Source of the DNA: Botryllus schlosseri
Taxonomy: Eukaryota
Direction of reading: 5' to 3'
DNA: 64,000 nt
Assembly: GCA_051294905.1 (NCBI GenBank)
Contig: CM119371.1
Span: 28,584,001 to 28,648,000, forward strand
The position numbers were made by a program, and so were the translations under genes. Below the pieces are notes generated by a model. The model had not been told where the DNA came from. It searched no databases and saw nothing but the letters and a program-made list of their open reading frames with translations. Below are positions 14,101 through 29,100 of this stretch, in pieces. The number at the start of each line of letters is the position of its first letter. The first letter of the stretch is position 1.

Positions 14101-17100
14101 TTACTATTCTTCGAAATTACAATGAAATGTCGGTCTTGGCCGTCTGAGTCTCGAGTCATGTGCGATGACTCTAGTCGAGTCATTTCCGTATTTTGTGAAA
14201 ATGTCTCAAGTCAAGTCGAGTCATCGGATAGTCGTGACTCGAGTCATTACAACCCTGTCAAAATCAGACCGGGTTTCCACATGAACACCAAATCAAGTTT
14301 GAAATCGGGGGGTTTTGACCCCAAAAACACACCCCAAGCTGCGACACAGTTAGCACCGATGATTCTGAGCTAGCAACGAATGCAAAAACACCGCACGCAC
14401 GCCAAACGACACGTGTTTCCTAGCTGTTTGGCAAGTAATTTTTTAACGTGCAGCAGCTAGAGCTAGAACTACTCAAAAACCCAGAAGTCAGTCGACCGTC
14501 GGAGATAAGGTCCTACGACTGCCCAACTGTAAGCTAAACCTAACTCCTCATCTAAGTTCTAACCTCGCTTCGATTGATGTGCAGGGCGTCCACGAACACT
14601 TTCTTCGCGTCGTCGATTCTCCCCAGCCGATATCTGGAATTGATGGCAAAACAGATCTCATATCTCAGTCGGTAACGGCTGAAATTTGCTAAAAAGTCGG
14701 GATTATATTGAAAATGATTGGAATATTTCAAGTCCAAATGCGAACAGAGCTTAAAAATAACAGTAAATCCATATCTTACGCAAACCAGACACAATAAGCA
14801 ACCGCAGTTTACTTCGAAACAAAATCTAAAACGGGGGTCGCCAACTGAAAACGGATCGAGGGTCACTTTTCAAATTTCGTAGAGGCGGACGCGGACCGCA
14901 CGAATGCTGTATCAAGACTTAAGCAACAATAATACTAAAACTTTACGTCAGCGCAACGTTGTGCTCTGTAACATGGGCAATGGGTATCGTGACCACAAAA
15001 GAAGTAATATTCTATTGATGAAATACAAATTATATTGGGGCTAGTGAGACACGTTACTAACCGAGTATCTCACCCTGAAGCTTGATCTTGTGGGGAAGCC
15101 GTAGGCATTTTTCTAAGCGTCTCGGTCTTGGCAGTGCCTGGGCCATTTCATGTTAAGGCAAAACACCCATTCATAGCACCTGATTTTCCCTCGATGGAAT
15201 GCCGTCGTTATCACCGCAGCCGTTACAGCGAGTGAAGAATAGTAACGTCGGGGAAAGGTGAAACATTTTGAAACAACAACAATAATAATATATTGAAACT
15301 GAAATCAATTTCAGCTATTCAAAATGCCTTACGTAGCAGCGTTCTCGCAAAATCTAAATTGAGATCGCAGGCCGCTAGATATGGCCTTGTAGGCCACGTG
15401 TTGGCGACCCCTGATTTAAATCCATGCTAATCTAAGTTAAATATAGCACCTCTGCCGCGATACAGCTGTGAAAACATACACACTCACAGTATGTTCCCGA
15501 CGTTGACAAGGGGCACGTCCAAATGCTCGGCAGGCGTCCTGGGCAGGCCCCTCCTGATGCACTCGATAGCTTTCAAATTGTCGCCCATCACGCGAAAATA
15601 AAGGCCGGCAAAGTTGTAGAGCAGCCACAGGTTGCGGGCTTTGTCCTGAATCGAAAATACATACTATATATATGCCTACATATATTTTAATCGGTCTCAC
15701 GAAATTAGTGCAGATATGTGTGGATATACCGGTACAAAACCCAACGCCAGTGCATATCTGCTGGCCTATCTATTGACCAACGAAGTTTCAGGTGAGAGGT
15801 ACCACACACAATACTGTAGCATTGTTTCACGAGGAGCGTAAGACTTCGCTTTTTGGGATAAACGCGGAAAAATGGTGCTTGCTGAACTGTGAGCGGTCGA
15901 TTGTTTGTTGATATACAATGTTTTTCTCTATATAAACAATTCTCTATCAGTTGCTGACAATTACCCCTGACGAGTGTCAGCCGAAAATATTTGGATAGGT
16001 TATATTGATAAAAACTTGGTTATATCGCCCATAACGGGGTATATTGACAAATCCAGGCTATATCTGCACAAAATTGATTGTATTAATTTTGAAAAATCGG
16101 TTATATCTGAACAAAATTGGTTGTATTCATTTTTAAAAATTGGTTTTATTGCCCATAATGGGTTATATTTACAAACACAGAATGTATCTGCACAAAATTG
16201 GTTGTATTACTTTAAAAAAAATGGTTATATTGCCCATAATGGGTTATATTTAAAAAACAGCTTATATCTGCACAAAATGTTGTAGTAATATTTAAAAAAA
16301 CAGGGTATATCAAATAAAATTGCTTATATTGGCCGAATAGGTTGTATGGTAGGGGTTACCATGTATTTTGAGATCGTAAAAGATGGACATATCTTACAAG
16401 TTCCGAAAGATATAATAGCGGACGAGAAAAAGGGTAATTAAAAAAAATTATTTAAGGGAAATATTGTTGGCTTGACTAAAAAAAGACCATTTTTAGTATA
16501 CTTTGCAGTCACTGCAGTCGTCATCCCGATTTCACATCATTTATGGCATTTAGATTCCTTGGAAAAAGGGGGACAAATCCTCTCAAAGGAGAACGCAATG
16601 GTAAAATGGGCAAAATTAGGTAATATAGGTATCAGCTGAACAGGAAACAATCTAATATCGGTCGGACTCTTATCGAAAGCTACCTTTTCGGCTAGAGACT
16701 TTGTGATCGCCTGTTGTAGCCTGTGTCCCACGTCTCGCGGCCATATAACGCCGTCGTTGAGATGCATCAGCATATCCTGTAACAACAAAACAACCGCGTT
16801 GTAATGGGTGAACTATAGGGCGTTGTACATTTTGTCCTTCAAATTTTTGCGGCATATACATACCATGAGTGCAGGATGTACATTAGGGGACTTCAAAAAT
16901 GACTCTTTTTCTCTCAAATAGCACCTTGGCTACTTGATAAAATTGTTACGTTACCTAATTTAAGCCTGCACACCAAATTTGGTTCAATTCCAGCCAGTAG
17001 CCGCTTTGCTGCAGGAGAGAAAAGTTTCTATTTATTGTATAAAAAATAAATGACCAAAAATTTTCTGTTCACCCCATGAAAGTGTTAGGTTGTCTATAGA

Positions 17101-20100
17101 AACGATGCTCACCAAATTTGGTTCAATTCGAACCAGTGGAAGCCGAGTTATTGCCGTCGAAAATTTTTAATTTGAATAAAATAGTGTTTACGGTGGGCAC
17201 CACCATAATAAATAATTAAAGAATAGGTCACCGTAAATGCTATTTTATTCAAATCCAAATTTTTCGACGGCAATAGCTCCGCTTCTACTGGTTGGAATTG
17301 AACCAAATTTGGTGCGCAGGCTTAAATTAGGTAACCTAACAATTTTATCAACTAGCCAGTGCGATTTGAGAAAAAAAGTCATTTTTGAAGACCCCCTAAT
17401 GTGCATAATTATGCCACAGAACAAAGAGGGTACAGAAATAGCCTTGTAAGGCTTTCCAAGTCTTGCACTGCCCATCCATGCTACCCCGAAAGCCATGGAT
17501 ACCAGTGTTGATAATCAGGTCTTTGGTCTGACCAGGCCGGGTACTGAGCCCCACGAGGCTTATGACTAAGGCACACGGTTCCGATTCACAAGTCATTATG
17601 ACTTTTACAGTTTTCAAGTCACCGCCGAGTCAACTTACAAGCGTGTACAACGTGTACGTTAGGGCTGTTCAAAAAATAACTTTTCCGTCAGATTTCACTG
17701 GCTACTTGATAAAATTTTTACGTTGGTTAAAAAACGCTGCACACCAACTTTGGCTCCATTCTGACCAGTAGAAGCAAGATTCTTGCAGTAAAAAGTTTTG
17801 AATTCATCTTTAAAGAACAAAGAAAATATAATTAGAATTTAAAAATTTCTCTGCCGACCCCACAAAATTGTTTGGCTGTCAGTAAAGATGATGCACACCA
17901 AATTTGGTTCAATTTCAACCTCTAGAAGCGAAGTTATTGCATTGGAAAAATTTGGATTTGAATAAAATAGTATTTACGGTGACTGACTCTTTATCATTTA
18001 TTATAAAATCATGGAGTTATTTTTATATTGCAACAACTTCGCCTCTAGTGGTTGGAATTGAGCCAAATTTGGTGTGCATCATCTCTACTGACAGCCTAAC
18101 GATTTTATCAAGTAGCCAATGAAATCTGAAGGAAAATTTTTCTTTTGAAAAGACTAAGTATACGTGTACAGCTTTCGAAAAATCCAAAATATCCTCATCC
18201 CTTTCCCACAGGACCACAGAGTGTAACACCAACAGGAACTCACTCGGTTCATAAATTCGTCCGGCTTATAGATGGGCCCGCCGTGCCTGTCGTCAATACC
18301 GGGTATGGAGTCTATGATGGTCTTCTCGTACAGTGGCTCCAGATATTCGCAGTTGAGTTCGTTCCATGGCGGGGACACGCTTTCGCCGTTCTTGATTCCC
18401 AGGTAAAGTGTCAGTTGATCGCGTACCCTACATATAATATATAGTGCGGCTGAACATAATAAATTGGGCACTCGAATCGGGATAGAGTATCAAAGAGCAT
18501 TAATTGTGATGATTGGAATCGAGCAGCAAGAGTAGACTTCTACAAACTAGCAATTTAGTTGCTTGAAGGTTAACTAACTGCTAGCTTTTAGAGTAGTTCT
18601 AGTTCTAGTTGCGCATTCTGTCAAGTGAGTAGTTCTGGAACTAGTTCTATTTGTGCATATAAAAGTATTAGTAATAGAACAGCTAGCAAAAATGCGACAT
18701 CATTCGCTATGAATCGCTATCGTTCTGTCACAATCGTTAGTACCACTACTGGTTGCGGGTGTCAAACCCCCCCCCCCCCCCTTTCAACTCAGAACCCCGT
18801 CCTTTCGAAATGCCGACTCCATCTCCGACATTTCTTAGCTCATTTGCAATCCAATAATTCGTATTATCAGTTATCAGTGGCGTTTTCGTTGGCTGGTTGT
18901 CGATTTTGAAAGGTTGTCGGTTATAGTACCGGTCGCGAGTTTTGAAAAGCGAGTAGTTCTAGTTGCAGTTGCGCATTTTGAATATCCAGTAGCTCGTACA
19001 TTGTACAATAGGGCTCTTCAAAAACGACTTTGTGTGTTCCTCATATCGCACTGGCTACTTGATAAAATTGTTAGGTTACCCAATTTAAGCCTACACACAA
19101 AATTTGGTTCAATTCCAGCCAGTAACCGCTCTGCTACAGAAGAAAGTTTCTATTTATTATTTAAAAATAAATAATAAAAAATTCGACACCCCATGAAAGT
19201 GTTGGGTTGTCTATCGAAACGATGTTAACCAAATTTGGTTCAATTCCAACCAGTGGAAGCGGAGTTATTGCCGTTGAAAAATTTGGATTTGAATAAAATA
19301 GTATTTACGGTGAGCACAACTATAATAAATAAACAAAGAATCGGTCACTGTAAATACTATTTTATTCGAATCCAAATTCTTCGACGGCAATAACACCGCT
19401 TCCACTGGTTGGAATTGAACCAATTTTTGTGTGTACAATTTCATCAAGTAGCCAGTACGATTTGAGAAAAAAAGTCATTTTGAAGAGCCCTATTGTACAA
19501 GCGTGAGTGAGAGACGAGTTTTTCGTGTACTGAAATTACACGCTTGTTAAACTATCAACGAGAATTACTATCGTGCTGCGGAAGCCTTGATACGTCGATT
19601 GGTCATACCGCAACACACTGGCTACTGGCTGGAATTAAACCAAATTTGGTGGGCAGGCTTACTGCAAAGCTACACACTTTAGGGGAAATAACATTTTCGA
19701 GAGGTCGCGATCGGAACGCAGCATTGTCATAAAGTATGACCGAAAAAGATACAAAATTAACTTCATTGTGATGTAAAACTTGCATTCTATTTTTTGTACT
19801 CGATAAACGGCACATGTTTAAACTTTCCACATCATTCATACTGTCATGCTGTCATAATGGATGATACTCGTATACTCTACAGGTATCGAATGACTCAGGT
19901 TGGCCTACTCGGTCTTTCGGGGCCTTGATTATAATAACGCAGATCGGTGTTTAGTACATTATCAACTTTTTTTTATGATGTGACTACAGAAAGTTGGGTG
20001 TTTACATTACATGAAGCCTAATAGTGGATTCACAAACGAATTATTCAGAAACTCGATTTTGCCCAGCCCTAACTCATGACAAATCTACTACTCCAAGCGA

Positions 20101-23100
20101 AACCTTCTTGAACACAACACAAATGTATAAACGCACTTCATTACAGACAACTTCTGGAGTGCCGGCAGACTTACGGGAAACCCCTGGTCTCCGGGTCGAT
20201 ATAGCTCGAAGGGTATTCGTCCCAAGCCAAGGCCTGCGGGCTGTGGGTCTCGCAGAATTCCGCCGACGGCCAAGTCGAGTCCTGAAAGCGAAAGTCAGTT
20301 TTTAACACTTTGGATTTCAAAGAGCCAAAGACTATCGATTAAAAATCTTTGAATCCAAATCATATCCGTGCTAGTAATTGTTAATAATTAAACAATCTAC
20401 CATCCAATCATTAATAGCCATATCCTCCGGCTTCTTCTGGTCCGAGCTGGCACCGCCCGGGCTGAACTTGGCAGCTTGATCCAGAATGGTGTCGGTCGCA
20501 CCCTGCATGAAAATCAATGACTATAACTGTGACTTTAAAACATACATTTTGGATCGTAAATTCTAAATTGCTACAACAGGCACAGCTGGTTACAATATTA
20601 ACATTAGTTTTGCTTAAACGACTGTTGTAACGAAGTGAAAGTATTATAAAAACGTAACCACTTTAGCAAGTCTCACAAGTAGGCAAATCTACTATAAAAG
20701 TAGAAGTAGCTCCTTGCTAAAGACCTAAAAGTACACGTCGATATCTCCAAATAGCAAATGTGATGCCTGGCCCTTTCGCTATGGTGATTTCAATCGTTAA
20801 AATGACAGAAATCTATAACAATTTTACATTGTAACTAGAAAAGTTTGGCTCGACGTCACGAAACAAAAATTATCATCAATTTCATAATTTTAACTTGAAT
20901 AATTTCAACCCACCTCCATCAGCTTCATCTTATTCTTTCCAGAGACCTGTCAAAATAAAGCCGTTAACTACCGAGATGTCTATAAAAACTTTAGCGTTCA
21001 AGATACATCTAGTTGCTGACAATTGCCCCTGACGAGTGTCAGCCGAAAATATCCGGGTTCGTTTCAATAAGAATATGCTATTCAATCGTACATTGAAGTT
21101 TTGCACCTCCAAGAAGCTCTTTTCAGATATATGGCCGCTAAATAGCTGACAGGACAAAAAGTTTTCGATTTTACCAACATTTACATTGAAAATGTGCCAC
21201 AAGTAATTACACTGAAAGGAATCACCATTGTGAAAACACATCCCAGAATACAGTCCAAAGAAGATGGCGATTATTATAGGTGTGCCCACCGTAAATACTA
21301 TTTTATTCAAATCCAAATTTTTCGACGGCAATAACTCCGCTTCCGCTTGTTGGAATTGAACCAAATTTAGTGAACATCGTTTCTATAGACAACCTACCGT
21401 AATTTTCCGAATATAGTGCACCCCCATGTATAATACGCACCCTTAAAATGGCGTGTAAATTCTGGGAAAAAGCCTGTACCCACTAGCACAGATTGTTTAT
21501 TAACAGTTGTTGAATTCGATGTTGATGAAATTTGCGTAACAATACTCCCGACTTGTGAAGGTTTATAGAATGATTTTGAAACCTCTTCGAGCTTGCCTGT
21601 CAATCAGGGAATTACGGTAAGCCAACTTGCGACCCTGTACATACGATACAATAGCTGTGTTCGAATCAACGGTAACAAAATCTTTGATCGCAGACTGATG
21701 CTAATCCATGTATTGTAAAGCTAGACATTTGAATACGATTTCAGTCAGACTTAAGCAAGTCTTCTGTACATCAGTCGAATCAGGAATTTCGAGTCCAAGT
21801 CCAATTTTGTGTTGGTCTGGGTTACGTCGATTTCCAAACTAAAAATGACCCAGACTCACAATGTTTGGAATTAGTTCGTCGTCCTCTTCCGTGTCCTCGA
21901 CATTGGGTAGGTTGCAAAACAAGACTGGGCCCCCGTCCTCGTCGGTGCGTAGTTTGCAAGTCTTTTTATCTGTACAAGAAAGCGGGTTAAGCATCGCGGC
22001 TTCCTATCCAAGACGTGCGGATTTAACACCTTCAAACCCAAGTCCAAATGCACAATTAAAATTGTGCCTTACATAGCTGTACAGAACCAGATAGCACATC
22101 CATTGCAGCAATAGATTTTCCAAATTAGATAAAAAATTAAAGGGGCACTGCGCTCTAAAAATGATGTGGTCTCAAATTGAAGGGAAAAACGAAAGAAAAA
22201 ATTTTGGCCGCAGCCGTTTTCTTCAGAACGCCACCGTTATGGAGCTGTAATGCATTGAAATTTCCACAGATGCATCACGCTCCAGCAGTCACGCACAGAT
22301 CGAACTTTATATAGTTGTCAGCCGATGTTATGAAGGAAATTGAACACAACAATATAAAGTTCGATCTCTGCGTGAATGCTGGAGCGTGATGGATCTGTGG
22401 AAATTTCAATACATTACAGCTCCATGACGGCGGCGTTCTGAAAAAAACGGCTGCGGCCAAAATTTTTTCTTTCGTTTTACCCTTCAATTTGAGACCACAT
22501 TATTTTAGAGTGCAGTGCCCCTTTAAGGTGAGTCATAACAAGTCATAACTCATTCTTCCGTAGCATTTTCAGGAAAACCAGAAAATATATCACAATTAAA
22601 ATTAGAGCATGGAAGCAAATCACAAATTACATTAGAATTAGAAGTAGAGCAAATAAATATTTCAAAAACCAGATTGTTATCGGATCACAGGCATTCCGCG
22701 CTAATTCAGTGATTCATTACCACTTTATCGTGCTCGACACAAATTTTCGCCCCCCATATTTACGGATACGAAAGGGGACATCTAAACGGGAAATATACTC
22801 ACCGAATCGGTTGTGTAGTGACTAAAAAAAGGTAATTTTTCCGAGAGAGTACTCGGAAAACCGTTTTTTTGCAACTACGTTTCATTGGAGTGACCTTTAT
22901 TTTTTTTAGTAAACATAATATGCAGAATAAGCCGTATTCACGTGCATTTTTTTAGTCGTGTTAATTAAAGACGCCTCACTGGACATTATAACGTCTTCGC
23001 CCAACTTCGGTATGAATTTCCGAGTAAGATTTCAAATTACGTAATCCAAGTGTGTATTGCACACTCACTGAATGTGCCCTCGTCGATGCTGTGCCTCATC

Positions 23101-26100
23101 AGCACGAAATGCAGCTCGATCTGCTCCTTCTGCGCCAGCTGCATCCTCTCGATGCTCTGGTAATACTCTGCGTATTTCTTGTGCTTGCGCTGGTAGCTCT
23201 CCAGCTCTTTCAGCGTGCGCTGCAGGCTTTCGTGCTGCGCCTCCAGTTTTTCCTGAAGTACAGAAACAGGGGGCGGTTATTAGGGTTGGGCACAACGATT
23301 TGTGTACTCGAATCTGAAACGTGTATTAATTCTAATGATTCGATTCGAGTAATGAGATATGATTATGCTCTACTTGGCGCCAATTTATTAACGACAATTA
23401 TAATCTCAATACTATTTTCCACTGTGTAAGGCTGCAAACCTCGATTAGTTGTAAAGTAGCATATGATAAATGGTATAACTATGAAGTCGTAATCAACATA
23501 CAGCATTGTTACAACGCGCAGCGAATTTGGTGAGGTCGCGAAAATGCCAATGTGATGTAGACTTGTAATTATATTCTTTACGTCGTGTAAATTATAATAA
23601 AGACAGGTCACATGCAAGTCCGTATCCAACGGCGGTTAAAACGAACTTAGTTAAACTAGATGTCCAGGGCTGTGTAACCACGCCACGAGGTTCCGAGTCG
23701 CAAGTCAATCTCGCTTTTATCGTTTTGACTCGAGTCAAGTCGAGTCATTTTCAATTCACCGCCGAGTCAAGTCCGGGTTTTGCCTCGAGTCCGAGTCCAA
23801 GTCATTGTATTCACTGTTCAGTTTTGAGTTCAATCTGGTTCAAAAAACCCCTTTTTTCAACCTTGATGGGGTGATATAGAATGGCTCGCATTCACAGTAT
23901 CGTAATTATCCCCAGTCTCAACAGTTTCCGGCCCTATTTTCCAAGTATCAGGACTGATAGACGAAATACCAATCACGTGGTGACTTTGCTATTCTTCGAA
24001 GTTACAATGAAATGTCGGTCTTGGTCGTCCTAGTCTCGAGTCATACGACTTGGTTCGAGTCGTGCACAATGACTCAAGTACAAGTCGAGTCAATACACGA
24101 ATTGACTCGAGTCGAGTCATTTTACGCAGTTGAAAAAATGACTCGGGCCAAGTCGAATCACCAAAAAATCATGACTCGACCCATTACAACCCTGTCTGCA
24201 CCAAGTTCAAATCTAAAGACACACTAGTCATAACAGAAGGCTATACCGTCATCAGCGCCTACCTGGAGCTTGTTCTGGCACCGCACGGCGTGTAGCCTGT
24301 CCTGGGCCGCTTTGAAGCCCGGCTGGTCGGCCAGACACTTCTCGAAATGCTCGGCGGCCGGCGCATACTCGCCCAGACTCTGAAAGCAAAACGCAGTTGA
24401 GCACACAGTCGCTTGCGCCGATTTCATCAACCACATGTGTTGGATCCGTACCTTGTCTGTCTCAGTTATTCACTTGTTTTATTTTTAACAATACTAAATA
24501 CATTATCGTTGATTTGACCTAACAGAATAATAAATACATGTCCCAAATTTCTTTTGGTAATATCGCTGTGCCAGATTTGCCTATAGTAATACTATAGATA
24601 GATTACTAACCAACCCATAGATACGCAGCTTCACCAAAATATGTTGTTATGCTTGAGCAATCAGTATCTTTTATTGCTGAGCAATCTAAAAGCAGCATAA
24701 TTGGTAGCGCTATAGCTGGCGAGTCAAGGGTAGAAATTTAATAGAATTGGTCTTAATCGAAAGCTAGTGTCGTGCTGATTCCAAAAATACGATTTAAAAT
24801 CTTGTCACGGAAATGGAACCGCCTCAAAACAGCCCACAAAATCAGAAAATCTGCATTGTTCCGAACGATCGCTTGACGAAACTGGCGATTGTTATGTTCA
24901 TTGCGTTGCGGCGATGCCGTTGTTAGAACAATGCCGATTTTCAGACTGCAAGGGATGTTCCGCCCATTTCCTTTGCTCTGACAGGATTTTAATTTGTATT
25001 TTCAGAATCAATGCTACACTAGCTTCCGATTAAGACGAGTTATAATAAGTTTGAGCTGTCGGGTCGCCAGCTATATCACTACCAATTATGCTGCTTTTGG
25101 ATTAACATACTCTCCTACTCGACCGATTTTCAGCAAAAAATACATTTTCAAGTAGTTATCAAGTAGATAAGCAAGCATTACTTTTCTGAATGAAATTATC
25201 AAAAGAATCACACGAAATAGCCATTGTATCACAGCAACTGAAATCATTTTACATCTACCGTTTCCGTTCATTACTATGTATAGTATTCACGACTAATGCT
25301 AGCGCGAGGGTCGCAATAGACCATTCCGTGCAATATTTCATTGTCGTGTCGCTGCTAGGTTGAATACGGTCATGTTTGAAATCAGGAAGTACCGCACTGA
25401 GGCAACATTGTTTGTGTCAGAGTGAGGCTAATCAGGTGGCGAGATATTTCGGGGTATCATTTTCTAGGCAAAAACCCTCATATGGCATAGCATAGCACAC
25501 CATCCAGCAGAGTCGCATTCATTGACTTTTCGGAGTTTTGATAAAATTTCCAAAAACTACGTTTCCCTACCGCAAGATAAGTTGCCCAAGTAAACTAATT
25601 AAAGTGAAATGCGACATGACATGAACTTCAATTTTAATGTATTTTGTCTTTATTTGGGATTTATTTCATGTCTATTTTCAAATTTAATTATTCTAATTCT
25701 AACCTAATTTGAAAACCCTCAATTTTTCTTGTTGTAGGACCATGTCCAATTACTAGGGCGATTTTCTTTTACCTAAAAACGAAAAATATTTACCTAAAAA
25801 ATCGAAATTTTGACATTTTTTCACCTTTAAAAACTTAATTTTGACAAAACTTTGACCTCGTGCATGTAAATTAGGTGTTTTCGCACATAATGTTACAGTT
25901 ATGCTACTTATCTTCATTCCTGGTTGAAACTGTCTGTCCTTAGAAAGTAGTTTGGCCTAAAAAACTGACAAATTTTTACATGAAAAATAAATTATTTTAA
26001 CGAAATCTCGAACTATGAAGAATACCCGTAGTCTAGGGATCTCATCTTTCCAAAAATAACCCGGGGCGAAGATCGAGATAACCTACAGGAAGTAAAACTT

Positions 26101-29100
26101 ACCGCGTACACGCAGCCCAGAGCAAAATGTATGACCGAAGCGTCCGACACTTCCAAGGCGTACTCCAACACGACGGAAGCGTTGATGGTAAAATGAGACC
26201 TGGGAATGAGGCCGCGCAATTCAAAGCATCTCTAAGACACAAGCGTAACAACTTTACAGCGTTACTGCTACTTACTTCAGCTCCAGGTAGCAACACTGAT
26301 CAGACCAGGGTTGTAGTCAAGTCACAAGGGCTAACGGTTTCTGGCCCTATTTCCAAGTATCAGTACTGACAGACGAAATACAAATAATGTGGTGACTTTA
26401 CTATTCTTCGAAGTTACAATGAAATGTCGGTCTTGGCCGTCTGAGTCTCGAGTCATATGACTTGGTTTGAGTCTTGCACAATGACTCGAGTCCAAGTCGA
26501 GTCAATACACAGGTTGACTCGAGTCGAGTCATTACAACTCTATTTATTTGAAGAGCTTCTTGGAGGTTCAGGACTTCAATATACAATTGAATAGCATATT
26601 CATATTGAAATTAACCCGAATATTTTTGGCTGACACTCGTCAGGGGTATCAAAGTACACCAACCAAAACTCTGCCAACAAAAGGAGTTCATGTACCACCT
26701 AAAAATAGTACATTGAACGCTCTCTCTTTCATGCTGGTGACGTCATATTTTGTTGTACGATTGTTAAGATATAATGTTCTTTCCAATTCTCTACTAGTTG
26801 CTGACGATTACCCCTGACGAGTGTCAGCCGAAAACATTCGGGTTCATTTCAATATCAATATACTGTCCAACCCTATATATACAAATCTGGTTATTGAGTA
26901 TTCATCCCAGCTCACCGGTGTAAGATATTCGCCAAACCCACGAGCGCTATGTCCCGATATCGGGCCGGCGAATGGAAGATGGCGCGTCTCACGCATTCGA
27001 TCGCCTTCTCCGCGTCGCCCTTGACGCGCCAATACAGCGACGCCATGTTGTAGGCCACCCAAGACGAGGAATTCTGCGGAGAAAAGATACAGATTAGGTT
27101 TTCCGAAAAGTGCCGACAAAGTTTAAACATATCGCCCCGCTACTGATTCGATTTTGGGAAAATGCATCATTGTAGGCTTTGGACACACGCCAACTATTCC
27201 TTCAACAAAATGCAGACTAACTCTTGAAAAAAGTGTAAATGACCTGCTTCAACGCTGTGGTGACGGCTTGAGCAAACTCCCTCTCGTTCTCCATGTACTT
27301 CAGTGTACTTTTGAGCACGGGCTCAGCTTGGTAGAGCGCGAGATACTCTTTGTTCGCGACACCCTGGAATACATCTTCCAGTTAGCACTCTTGCGATAGG
27401 CAGATAATCGCAAAATACAAGTAAATACAAATACAAGAAATTATCACGACTAGCTCCTTGCTCGATTAAATCGTTGAAAATGGGAATACAAAAACTGGAC
27501 TCGAGTACGGTACCCACTACCCAAGACAAGAGCATTGACTCTTTTCAAATCCTAATACTGGATCCTAATCTGAATGCTTGCAGGAAAGTTCGAATATTAA
27601 TATGGCCAGGCCACGATAGGGTTCGAAACCTGAATCTGGTCAAAATCTAGGGTGTCAGTCATTATGATTTCACAACAGTAACGATGAAATGGAAAGTTTA
27701 AATAGATACGTTATACACTGCAACACAAAAAATAATTCTAAATCTATATAGCATAAAACTAATTTGGTAGTTATTCGACCATCCCTTATTTCATTGCATT
27801 TTGTGGCAATGCATTGGTTGATTGCAGCATAACAGTAATGTGATATCTGCTGATTTGTGTAGCTCGTATTATACGTGGCTCATTCCATTATAATTTAGCA
27901 AATTCTTTGACATCTGTAAAGTATACCCTCAGAATTGTCCAAGATTTACAAATGTTGTTCTTATTTATGCATCCGGAGGGAATAAAATAAATAAAAAAAT
28001 AGAAAAGCTTTCATCGGTTCAAAAGATGATGCGATTCAAAATTATCTTGTCACTAGGTGGCACTGCATGCAAAAATCTTTACAACCGATTTTTTTGCTCT
28101 AATGATGGCAGAGAACCAATTAACATATCTAATTATCCAATTCTGGGGCCAAGGAATTGAAATAGAGCAACTTTTTCACCCTAAACTCAATAAAAACAAA
28201 GTTATGGATGAAAAATACCATTATAATCACTGATTGGAAAGATTTTTGCATGCAGCGCCACCTAGTGACTAGAGAATTTTGAGTCGCACCATCTTTTGAA
28301 CCGCTGAAAATTTTTCAATTTCAATTCAAATTCAATTCAAAAAGAACATCGTTTGTAAATATTGGACAATTACGAGGATATGTATTGCAGCCCTCGGTAA
28401 ATTATAATGGAATTAGCCATGTATTGAACGCTGTGTTACGACCAGTTCAGGTTTCAAGGCTTCCACGTTGGGAACAAAAGCATGAAATCTGTAATTCTCA
28501 TTGATAATACGGAAATTCACGTTCACTCCAGTCGACTTCAGAGCTAGGCCTACATCTCCCGTGTCCCATCTCCGCTTTATATAGCAGATGAAACCTCACC
28601 TCCATGGTGTCATAAGGGAGAGACCCTGGCGGCAGCTCCTGGATGTCCCCGCAGTCGGGCTCTTCCTCCCCGTGACCGCTTTCTTCCAAGTCGATGTAGT
28701 CCACAGCCTTCAAAAGACATATCACAAGTATTTTATCACATCGAGTTACTGTGCAAGATAAGCATATTACATGCAGTTATAAAAATGGGTCGATATTTTT
28801 GTTGGCGAGATCGAACGAAATTTTGACCGTAACCAAATCATTTTAAAATGTTCCAAGACTTCATCCTAATCAGGGATTTAAGTTGGTTCAATATATTTGA
28901 AAGCAAAGAGAATACTGAGGATTCTTGCCGTGTTGATCCCAGGGGCTAGCATTCAAAATAGCTAGGTCATAATAGCAAGGTTTTAAAACAGGAAGTAAGT
29001 GACATAATAGCTATTATGACACTAGCTATTGGGAGTGCCTCCCTATTATGACACTCACTGTTTTAACACCACTATTTTCCCCCATTGTTGTATATCTAAG

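Noticed and set aside
23052..23429. Plus-strand ORFs overlapping TTC17 or NTAN1 exons (also 5569, 35803, 41796)
   Set aside because: They are antisense shadows of GC-rich coding exons with no independent support
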